The position numbers and the translations under genes are program-made. Of a stretch of 64,000 bases of DNA, positions 56,502 through 64,000 are shown in pieces (within the stretch, counting starts at the first letter, position 1; each line of letters begins with the position of its first letter). Below the pieces are notes generated by a model. That model had not been told where the DNA came from. It saw only the letters and a list, made by a program, of their open reading frames with translations, and searched no databases. The DNA is from a virus: the IMG/VR virus record IMGVR_UViG_3300046648_000213, positions 1 through 64,000 of that record; one strand, written 5' to 3'.

Positions 56502-57008
56502 ATGCAAGCTGTACATGCGTTAAATTCTGTGGCCGATTTCACATCGAAAGCTGTGATCTCGGCCAGCGTGATGCAAGTAGATCGTAATCCTGACGAGCCG
56601 TGGCAGGGGAGCGACAAGAACCATTGGCGCATCGAATTGCAGCACCGCGATCGCTCGATGGTTCTCTGGATGTCAATGGACCGCTCGATGGTAGAGCGCA
56701 ACGTGAATGGCAAGTGGGTCCGCCAGTTCACGCGCGACGAACCTCAGACGGACCTTCAGCGCATGCTCTGGCGCAACCGATACCGCGAGGCCCGACCAAC
56801 GGCCGAAGAGGTATTGAAGCTGGTGCGGCGCAACGCGGCACGCGCAACGAAAGCGATCAACTTCGGCGGCTGGCTTGCCGGATGCGGGTACGAAAACGAC
56901 CCGCGCGCGAACCGTGAGGTGTATCGAGCCTGCTTGAGACAGGCCGATGAGTTGTATTTGATGCTCGGCTCGAACCTCTACAGAGAGTTGCTCGAGCTCG
57001 ATGCGTAA
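56502..57008 (+). CDS. Hypothetical protein
   Basis: GAGGG RBS. Confidence 0.65.
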   Translation: MQAVHALNSVADFTSKAVISASVMQVDRNPDEPWQGSDKNHWRIELQHRDRSMVLWMSMDRSMVERNVNGKWVRQFTRDEPQTDLQRMLWRNRYREARPTAEEVLKLVRRNAARATKAINFGGWLAGCGYENDPRANREVYRACLRQADELYLMLGSNLYRELLELDA

Positions 57009-57020
57009 CTGAAAAGGAAA

Positions 57021-57371
57021 GTGAAAGTGTCCCGCTATACCGAACTGAAAGAACAGCACGAAAAGCTCACCCTCGAACTGCAGGCCGCATTCGAGGAAGA
57101 GAAGAAGCAGGCGATCGACGAGATCAAGGCCATGATCGACACGTACAGCATCACGGCTTATGACCTCGAGATCGAGGTGAAGGCGAAGAAGCTGCCGCCT
57201 GGAAAGAAGACGCACAGCACGTTCGCCGTGAAGAAGCCGCGCATCACTGTGCCGCCGCTGTACCGCGATCCGGAAAGCGGCAAGACGTGGAGCGGGCGCG
57301 GTCGAGAGCCGCTCTGGTTGGAAGGTAAGCGGGACGAGTTCCTCATCAAGCAGCAAGAGCAGCCAGCGTAA
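57021..57371 (+). CDS. hns: H-NS family protein (Bv3F-type)
   Basis: YRDPESGKTWSGRGREPLWL; N-terminal oligomerisation helix. Confidence 0.92.
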   Translation: MKVSRYTELKEQHEKLTLELQAAFEEEKKQAIDEIKAMIDTYSITAYDLEIEVKAKKLPPGKKTHSTFAVKKPRITVPPLYRDPESGKTWSGRGREPLWLEGKRDEFLIKQQEQPA

Positions 57372-57423
57372 GAATCGAGGGTGTCCAATTGGACACCCTC
57401 TCAACTTTAAGTGGAGTATAAAA

Positions 57424-58131
57424 ATGACATTCGAAATTAGGGGTCCTATTTACGGCGGCGAGATCATCGAGGTCGAAGGCTTCCGCTTCCGCATCGAGGT
57501 CGAGCAGGACGAGTTCATGGGTCCGCCGTGGGAAGAGCACGACGGCCACGGGATCGTGAGCGAGTGGACGTCGCGCGACAAGCGTCCGGGCGAGTGGATT
57601 ATCAACTCGGACCGCTTCAGCAAGCGCTTCTACGACTTCGCCGGCACGATGAAGAAGGCGAAGAAGGAAGGTTGGGGGCTCACTGAAAAGGCGAAGGCCG
57701 AGCTCATCGAACGGCTGAGCCGCAAGCGCATCATCCGTCTGCGCAAGCCGATCGAGAAGTTCGTCGGCCCGCTGGTGAACCCGATCCGATACGTCAGCGT
57801 GCTGGAGCGCCCCGGCCGCGACCCGAACAAGCCGCTGACGCGAGGCGAGATCACTGAGGAGGCCGTGCGCCGGGACTACGAGCACCTGCGAGGTTGGTGC
57901 AACGATCACTGGCAATGGCAGATCGTGTCAGTGATCCGCCTCGAGGACGAGGAGGGCAGCGAGGAGGAGCACGAGGACGGCACCAGCTTCAGCCTCGGCG
58001 GCGTAGAGAACTCGGACGACGCCTATGTGAAGGAGATCGTCTATGAGCTCCTGGACGAAGCTCTCCACGTGCTGAAGAAGGAGCGCAACGAGCGGCAGTA
58101 TTGGGCCGAGCGCGACGTCGAAACGGTGTGA
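57424..58131 (+). CDS. Hypothetical protein
   Basis: PWEEHDGHG; LRGWCNDHW; follows palindrome and leader. Confidence 0.7.
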   Translation: MTFEIRGPIYGGEIIEVEGFRFRIEVEQDEFMGPPWEEHDGHGIVSEWTSRDKRPGEWIINSDRFSKRFYDFAGTMKKAKKEGWGLTEKAKAELIERLSRKRIIRLRKPIEKFVGPLVNPIRYVSVLERPGRDPNKPLTRGEITEEAVRRDYEHLRGWCNDHWQWQIVSVIRLEDEEGSEEEHEDGTSFSLGGVENSDDAYVKEIVYELLDEALHVLKKERNERQYWAERDVETV

Positions 58132-58209
58132 GTCTCTAGCCTGCAGCCCCGCGTGCGGGGTTGTGGGGTAGCGGCATTCCGCCGCACCTAACTTTCAACG
58201 GGAGTCACA

Positions 58210-58692
58210 ATGGACATCACTATCAACTCTTGGCGCGACCTCGAGCAGTTCGGAATCAACGCCCTGACCGGCGAGTCGGACAAGCTCGGCCAGCGCATCC
58301 TGTGCGACTTGTCTGCCCGCGGCGTGGCCGCGATCGGCGAGTATCTCGGCATGGAGCCCTCGGGCCTCTCGCCCAACTGGAATTCGAAAGTCGGCGAGGA
58401 GCCGGCCGTGGCCTCGATTCTGTTGCCGCGCGACTACACGCCGCTCGCTATGTTCCTGCTGCTCGGCGTGGCGCGCGTCCCGTATATCGTGACCATGAAC
58501 GGGTCGATGATCGGCACCGACCGTAGGCAGTATGCGGACGAGAATGACAAGGCGATTGAGGAGCTCGTCAGGCGCAGCCCTGACGAGCCGTCGATCGGCT
58601 GGCGCCTGCCCTACAGCGTCATCCGGAACCCGCTGCCGGCCGACGCATTAAGTATTCGCAACATTCACGGGTTTACCGGACGGACCAGCTAA
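58210..58692 (+). CDS. Hypothetical protein
   Basis: GINALTGES...RILCDL; leader motif. Confidence 0.7.
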   Translation: MDITINSWRDLEQFGINALTGESDKLGQRILCDLSARGVAAIGEYLGMEPSGLSPNWNSKVGEEPAVASILLPRDYTPLAMFLLLGVARVPYIVTMNGSMIGTDRRQYADENDKAIEELVRRSPDEPSIGWRLPYSVIRNPLPADALSIRNIHGFTGRTS

Positions 58693-58830
58693 GCCGGTCG
58701 GAAGGTAAGTTTCGGGCTAAGGTCGGCTTAGGCGCCAAACTCCGTGCGGTAGCACTTGTCAAAGTTTTATATGGCTGAGCTACAATCTGGGTCGGCAAAA
58801 TAAAAGCCAAACTTACTTTGGAGGTTGGAA

Positions 58831-59151
58831 ATGTTCTGCAACTACGGTCAGTTGCCGCCCGAGAAGCAAGAGTTGGCACAGGAAAAAGTCTTCGAAGACC
58901 TGGTGGAAGCGGTAGTGACACGGGGTTTGCGTTTCAATGACTGTGCTAACGGCAGCAATCTGCAATTCAAGATAGACCGCGCATGGGAACGAGTTTCGAA
59001 CCTAGACGTTGATGCCGAAGATCAACCGGAATGGGTACGACATTTGGTCGCATCAGAGTGTGAGGTCGAACTTAAAGCGATCGCCGTTCAGACAGCCAAG
59101 GATGCAACGTATATCTCAAACGAGACTGTCATCAATTTAGATCAGCTTTGA
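58831..59151 (+). CDS. Hypothetical protein (low GC)
   Basis: GGAGG RBS. Confidence 0.6.
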   Translation: MFCNYGQLPPEKQELAQEKVFEDLVEAVVTRGLRFNDCANGSNLQFKIDRAWERVSNLDVDAEDQPEWVRHLVASECEVELKAIAVQTAKDATYISNETVINLDQL

Positions 59152-59174
59152 TTGTCCAATTGGACAGCAACTTG

Positions 59175-59199
59175 AACCCCGCCATGTGCGGGGTTTTTT
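59175..59199 (+). terminator. Rho-independent terminator
   Basis: AACCCCGC-CATGT-GCGGGGTTTTTT. Confidence 0.75.
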
Positions 59200-59217
59200 A
59201 CTTTAGAGGAAGTGAAA

Positions 59218-60063
59218 ATGCAAAACGCCAAACGCGCAAAGATCGACGAAACCGCAAAGCGCATCGTCGAGCAGGACGTCTACTACTGCGTCTCGTATCT
59301 GGTCAGGGGACTTGCCAAGCTCGAGGGCATGCTCAAGTACGCGCAGATGACGGAGATCGGCCTCGACCCCGATGAACTGCGCGGCGTGCTCATTCAGGAC
59401 GACTGGCAGTCGGCTGCTGAAGAGCAGGGCTGGGCGATGGGCGAAGACGAGGTGATCTCGAAGGCCGGTGAGGAGAACACCTACACCGACTGGCAGGACC
59501 TCTGCAGCAACGAGAACATCGACCCGCACACGACGGAGGCTTACGAGCACTGGATCGTGAGCGACTGGCTCGCCAAGAAGCTCGAAGACAAGGGCGAGAT
59601 GATCGTGCGCGACATGATGGGCCTGACGATTTGGGGGCGGCCGACGACCGGCCAGGCGATCTACATGGACTACGTGATGCAGCGCATCGCGGAAGACCTC
59701 AACGGCCCGCCGGGACTGACGCTGATCCTGATCGATCCGTTCAACCGCAAGGTAACGAAGATCGAGAGCGAGACGCCCGAGCTCGACCTGCACGAGACGT
59801 ACAAGCTGCTGGACGTCAACCTCATCACGTCGGTCGGGCTGCCGAACGGCGACGTGATCTACGTCGATGACGAAGGGCTGCTGATGAACGACTTGTCGAA
59901 GCAGGGCTTCTTCCAGTACGAGGGTCATCCGGAGCCGCTGGCCGGCAAGGGTCTGATCGTCGGCAGCGACGGCAAGGGCGGCAACGCTTCGGCGAAGACG
60001 ACGCTCGACGAGGCGGTCGCGAAGACGAAGTGGATGCTGTACGTTTCCGGCAACGAGCAGTAA
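59218..60063 (+). CDS. Two-domain protein, C-terminal DUF3846-like
   Basis: YEHWIVSDWLA...IWGRPTTGQAI, then IYVDDEGLL...LAGKGLIVG. Confidence 0.65.
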   Translation: MQNAKRAKIDETAKRIVEQDVYYCVSYLVRGLAKLEGMLKYAQMTEIGLDPDELRGVLIQDDWQSAAEEQGWAMGEDEVISKAGEENTYTDWQDLCSNENIDPHTTEAYEHWIVSDWLAKKLEDKGEMIVRDMMGLTIWGRPTTGQAIYMDYVMQRIAEDLNGPPGLTLILIDPFNRKVTKIESETPELDLHETYKLLDVNLITSVGLPNGDVIYVDDEGLLMNDLSKQGFFQYEGHPEPLAGKGLIVGSDGKGGNASAKTTLDEAVAKTKWMLYVSGNEQ

Positions 60064-60127
60064 AAAGGTGAGAGGGAAGTCCCCCTCTCTATCTGTAAAA
60101 TATAGGACAACTTAATAGGAAGTGAAC

Positions 60128-60862
60128 ATGCAAGAAAAATTGTTGGTCGAAGGCGTCGAGTACGTGAGCGATTCCTGCTTCGTCTACGGGGACTACGGCG
60201 GTGCCGGTTCGCTCGGTGTAGCGAACGTGCGGCACCTGAAAGAGAACTTCGACTGGATGGGGATCGGCATGAGCCAGATCGAGCCGGAGAAGTTGGCCGG
60301 CGAGTTCAAGTACCGCCTGCGCTACTACGGCGTCGACGAGGTGCAGGCGCACCTCGAGACTGGCGACCCGCTGCCTGATGTGCTGCTTGCGGAGGGACAG
60401 TTCGGCTCGGTGCAGGCGTGGCTGCGCGCCGACGCGGAAGGTGCTGACGAGATCATGGCAGCGATGGCAGACTATCCGGTGCTCGACGATCAGGAGCTCA
60501 GCAAGGTCGAGATGGAGTGGGAGCAGGAGGCGTGGGACGGTTGGCTGCGCTCCGATCTCATGAAGACGCTCCGATACGACTACTTCGACGAGGCGGACGA
60601 GGACGAGGACAAGTCGCTCGAGGAGCGCGCCGACGAGCAGCTAACCGACGCGCAACTGTTCGAGGCGTACCGCGCCGCGATGGACGAGTGCAACGTCTAT
60701 CCGACGCCGGAGCTCAACGGAGTGCACATCCCGGTCGAGCGCATCGCCGGGTCGTTCGGCGTGCACGTCGTCGAGGCGCTCAAACTCGACAATCACCTGC
60801 GGGCGCGCGAGATCGCCCGCGAGGCCGGCCAACTGGAACTCAACTTAGAGGAGGTAAATTGA
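60128..60862 (+). CDS. Acidic hypothetical protein
   Basis: DYPVLDDQELS motif. Confidence 0.7.
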   Translation: MQEKLLVEGVEYVSDSCFVYGDYGGAGSLGVANVRHLKENFDWMGIGMSQIEPEKLAGEFKYRLRYYGVDEVQAHLETGDPLPDVLLAEGQFGSVQAWLRADAEGADEIMAAMADYPVLDDQELSKVEMEWEQEAWDGWLRSDLMKTLRYDYFDEADEDEDKSLEERADEQLTDAQLFEAYRAAMDECNVYPTPELNGVHIPVERIAGSFGVHVVEALKLDNHLRAREIAREAGQLELNLEEVN

Positions 60863-61320
60863 CATTTTTTCCAAACGGGACAACAATCGAGCCTTCGATG
60901 TATTCCCCGCGCGAGCCGAGCGCCTACAGCGTTATGTGGGACGGCGCACGTTGGGGGTACGGAGCGCACGAATGGTTCCGGGACGACGTTCCGTACTGGA
61001 ACCTCTTCTGGCTTAGCTGCGCGGGGCTCGAGGCCCTGCTCGACTGGCCGGAAGATCGCGGCGGCGAAGTGCCGACGTTCTCGCCTCTCATGAACTGGAC
61101 GAGGCAGACCGTCGAGCAGCGGGTCAATGGGCAGAAGCTGCGGCGACTGCTTGTCGACCTGACGCCGCCGCAGTTCGTCAGCTTCGTGGGGATGCACAAG
61201 CACTCGCACCTGACTGTCGTCCGGGAGATGGGCGCGGCGTGGATTCAGACGATCACCGACCGCAGCCGGCTCTACGCGCCGCGGCAGGGGTTGGACTGGA
61301 AGTCCTTGGGCATCGGATAA
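60859..61320 (+). CDS. Hypothetical protein (start uncertain)
   Basis: GGAGG then TTG; TTGACA-17-AACAAT overlaps the start. Confidence 0.5.
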   Translation: MTFFPNGTTIEPSMYSPREPSAYSVMWDGARWGYGAHEWFRDDVPYWNLFWLSCAGLEALLDWPEDRGGEVPTFSPLMNWTRQTVEQRVNGQKLRRLLVDLTPPQFVSFVGMHKHSHLTVVREMGAAWIQTITDRSRLYAPRQGLDWKSLGIG

Positions 61321-61368
61321 GAGAACGGACAGCGCCTTCGGGCGCTGTTTCCACATAAAGGCCGACCG

Positions 61369-62796
61369 ATGACACCCTATGAATTGGTGACGTACCGCTA
61401 CAAGCTGCCCTTCCCCCTTTACCCCTATCAGGTCGATGCCGTAAACGACCTGTCGCCTCGACCGCGCGTCGGCTTCTACGCGGAGGTCGGCACCGGCAAG
61501 ACGGCGATGTCGACGGTGTGGGCGCTGTACAAGACGCTGACCGAGAGCGCCGTGCACATCGTGCTGATGCCGCCGATCCTGATGATGGGTTGGAAGCGGT
61601 GGCTCGACAAGATTCCCGGCGTGAAGAGCGTGCTGTACCGCGGCACGCCGAAGCAGCGAAAGCTGATCGAGCTCGACGCGGACTTCGTGCTGATGTCGAT
61701 GGACATCTTCAAGATCGACTTCGAATACCTGTCGCACATGTTTCAGCACCGCAACGTCAGCCTGATCGTCGACGAAGCGACCAGCGTGAAGAACTCGAAG
61801 TCGCAGAACCACAAGCGCGTGAACGAGTTCTCGGCCGGCGGCAACCTTGCCCTGCTGACCGGGACTCCGCTCTCGACGCCGTGGGACGCCTACGGCTACT
61901 GCAAGTTCATCGCCCCCGGCACGTACAGGAACCTGCGGCAGTTCGAGCGCGTGCACGTAGCCGAGACGGACTTCTTCGGCAAGGTCACGAAGTGGGGCAA
62001 TCTCGAGCTCATGGCCGACAACATGAAGATCAATGCGGTCCGGATTCTGAAGCGCGAGGTGCTGCAAAACTTGCCGGAAGTGCAGTATCTGCCGATCCCG
62101 TATGAGCTCACCGGTGAGCACATCAAGCTGTACCGGCAGCTGTGCGACGAGCAGCTTCTGATTCTGGAGGACGGCGGGAAGATCGACGCGACCGGCGAGT
62201 CGAAGATGTACCATCTTTCGCAGCAGATCATCTGGAACCCGGACCACTTCAGCGGCAAGCCGGAGACGCGCGCGTCGGGCTTCGACGTGCTCGATCAGGT
62301 GCTCGAGCAACTGGACACTGCGTCGGAGAGCGGCGAGAAGCTGCTCATCTACGCGAACTACAAGATGACGATCCGCGGCCTGCTGAAGTACCTGGCGCCG
62401 CTCGGCGCCGTCGCCGCGTACGGCGAGGTGCCGCGCGCGCAGCAGGACCGGAACGTCGACCGGTTCATGTCAGACCCGACGTGCCGCGTGCTGATCGCTC
62501 AGCCGCTGTCCGCCGGCGCGGGCCTGAACCTGCAGGAATGCTGCGGCAACGTGTTCTTCCCTGAGATGCCGGTCGTGCCGAAGGACTTCGCGCAGGCTGT
62601 CGGCCGCGTCGACCGGGACGGACAGATTAGAAAGGACGTTCGAATTTTCCTGCCGCAGGCGATGCGCACGATCCAGATGGAACTGGTGGATCGCCTGATG
62701 GATAAGGACTGGCTGGTCGGGAAGGTGCAGCGGCAGGCGGTCGATCTGCGCACGGCGATCTTCGGCGGCTCTGTCTCAGAACTGCAACCGGCTTAG
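61369..62796 (+). CDS. SNF2-like SF2 helicase
   Basis: GTGKT, IVDEAT, LTGTP, GAGLNLQ, QAVGRVDR. Confidence 0.92.
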   Translation: MTPYELVTYRYKLPFPLYPYQVDAVNDLSPRPRVGFYAEVGTGKTAMSTVWALYKTLTESAVHIVLMPPILMMGWKRWLDKIPGVKSVLYRGTPKQRKLIELDADFVLMSMDIFKIDFEYLSHMFQHRNVSLIVDEATSVKNSKSQNHKRVNEFSAGGNLALLTGTPLSTPWDAYGYCKFIAPGTYRNLRQFERVHVAETDFFGKVTKWGNLELMADNMKINAVRILKREVLQNLPEVQYLPIPYELTGEHIKLYRQLCDEQLLILEDGGKIDATGESKMYHLSQQIIWNPDHFSGKPETRASGFDVLDQVLEQLDTASESGEKLLIYANYKMTIRGLLKYLAPLGAVAAYGEVPRAQQDRNVDRFMSDPTCRVLIAQPLSAGAGLNLQECCGNVFFPEMPVVPKDFAQAVGRVDRDGQIRKDVRIFLPQAMRTIQMELVDRLMDKDWLVGKVQRQAVDLRTAIFGGSVSELQPA

Positions 62797-62863
62797 TGTC
62801 CAACTGGACACTGCGTATAATCCGACGCCAGCAAGGCATCGTAACTTACAACGGGAGTTTCAA

Positions 62864-63358
62864 ATGTATCTCACAGAAGAAGAGATCAAGGCCGACTTGA
62901 TCCGCCAGATGCCAGAACGAGAAAGAAAGTCCTTCGGGTCCTTCGGCCACCTGCGGGTCGAGGCGATCTTTAAGGACCGCGTGTTCGTGGTCTATCGCAG
63001 CAACGGCAAGTCCTCCGCGCCGGACATCCTGACCACGATCCGCGTGCAGGAAGTCCACGCCGACAACGAAGGCGCGAGCACGGTGCTGATCGACCAAGGC
63101 ACCGGCGACACGATGCGCGTCGCGTATCAGCCGGAGCGTCTGTTCCATTACCCGATCTTCGTCTCGCTTCCGCTGCACATGCGCATCCAGTTTCAGGCGC
63201 GCACGACAGGCGAGAGCGCATGGATCGGCACACTTGCCTTCGCGCTGCTGGTCAAGACGAAGAACAAGTCGGATTTCCACTCGGCGGGCAACGTGTACGT
63301 CGAGACGCCGAACGACTTCAAGACGAAGTTTCCGAATATCACCGGCCTCACCTTCTGA
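62864..63358 (+). CDS. Hypothetical protein
   Basis: Palindrome, TATAAT and leader upstream. Confidence 0.7.
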   Translation: MYLTEEEIKADLIRQMPERERKSFGSFGHLRVEAIFKDRVFVVYRSNGKSSAPDILTTIRVQEVHADNEGASTVLIDQGTGDTMRVAYQPERLFHYPIFVSLPLHMRIQFQARTTGESAWIGTLAFALLVKTKNKSDFHSAGNVYVETPNDFKTKFPNITGLTF

Positions 63359-63370
63359 TAGGGGAATCGC

Positions 63371-64000
63371 ATGTTCTTCTACTATCAGAACGAGGGCGGC
63401 GAAGAGGCGTGGCACGAGGCCCTGCTCGCGAAAAAGGAAGACCTGATCGCGACGAAGAAGCCGCGCTACGCGACCGTGCTCGGGCTCGTTCCCCTCGTCT
63501 CGAACGACATGACGCGCGAGGAGCTCGACGCGATCAAGTACAAGGGTCCCTTCTACGTTGATTGGGACGCCGAGTCACTGGACACCGCCATCGAGCAGTT
63601 CCAGAAGTTCCTGCGCAACCTCGAGAAAGAGGACATCAACCTCAACTCGCTGTACCTGTATGCGTCCGGCGGGCGCGGCTTCCACCTTGAGATGCCGCAG
63701 GAGGTCTTCCTCGAGAAGAAGAAGATACCGGCCACGGGCATGACGCACCTGCCGGCCATCTACAAGGAGATGGTCTACGGCTGCTACGTGGACACGATCG
63801 ACTTGCGCGTGTACACGGCGCGGCGCGGGCGCATGTGGCGCGTGATGAACGTGCAGCGGGAGAACGGCAAGTTCAAGGTGCCGATCACCGTCGAGGAAGC
63901 GTTCGACATGACGCCCGAGCTCTACGCAGAGCTCGTGGCCGCGCCGCGCACGATCCCGCCGCGCGCCACGCCGGAGATGAACAACGCGTGGGGCGTGCGC
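63371..64000 (+). CDS. AEP-family primase/primase-polymerase (truncated at window end)
   Basis: FYVDWD (DxD), YASGGRGFH, IDLRVY. Confidence 0.8.
   Translation, partial: MFFYYQNEGGEEAWHEALLAKKEDLIATKKPRYATVLGLVPLVSNDMTREELDAIKYKGPFYVDWDAESLDTAIEQFQKFLRNLEKEDINLNSLYLYASGGRGFHLEMPQEVFLEKKKIPATGMTHLPAIYKEMVYGCYVDTIDLRVYTARRGRMWRVMNVQRENGKFKVPITVEEAFDMTPELYAELVAAPRTIPPRATPEMNNAWGVR

Larger units (their letters stand above)
1..64000. mobile_element. Large siphophage genome fragment, probable phage-plasmid
   Basis: Complete head, tail and lysis modules plus ParA/RHH, iteron-like array, ligase, helicase and primase; no host housekeeping genes and no integrase in the window. Confidence 0.9.

Noticed and set aside
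1-64000. tRNA/rRNA genes, integrase, protelomerase
   Set aside because: None recognisable by eye in this window; they may lie outside it, and tRNAscan was not run

Overview
This window is a 64-kb piece of a large, GC-rich siphophage with a lambda-type tail tip. The host is probably a Betaproteobacterium (Burkholderia-like), inferred from codon style and a Bv3F-type H-NS. Plasmid-prophage hallmarks suggest a phage-plasmid: a ParA plus RHH partition cassette, four dispersed 5-bp-periodic centromere-like arrays and an 8-copy iteron-like array. Layout: (1) 161-2679 (+) DNA ligase and partition genes. (2) 2676-42064 (-) one long late block containing terminase, portal, S49 protease with nested scaffold, capsid, neck, tail tube, frameshifted chaperones, tape measure, M/L/K/I/J tip, fibres, a GH8-like appendage, the lysis genes and a LAGLIDADG endonuclease. 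(3) A divergence point at about 42.1-42.7 kb with simple repeats, probably the packaging end. (4) 42767-64000 (+) an early/accessory block of small, often acidic genes, ending in an SNF2-like helicase and a truncated AEP primase. The most unusual signals are non-coding: about 20 copies of the palindrome TGTCCA-NN-TGGACA punctuating early gene cassettes; a conserved AACTT-N-GGAAGT RBS leader; a fixed-spacing GTCCC-N12-ATGTC promoter motif; and an rrn-like promoter with boxA heading the early region. The lysis cassette also has a candidate lipoprotein-free spanin (N-terminal TMD, C-terminal beta-barrel signal). All calls were made by eye from motifs and synteny; no searches were run.
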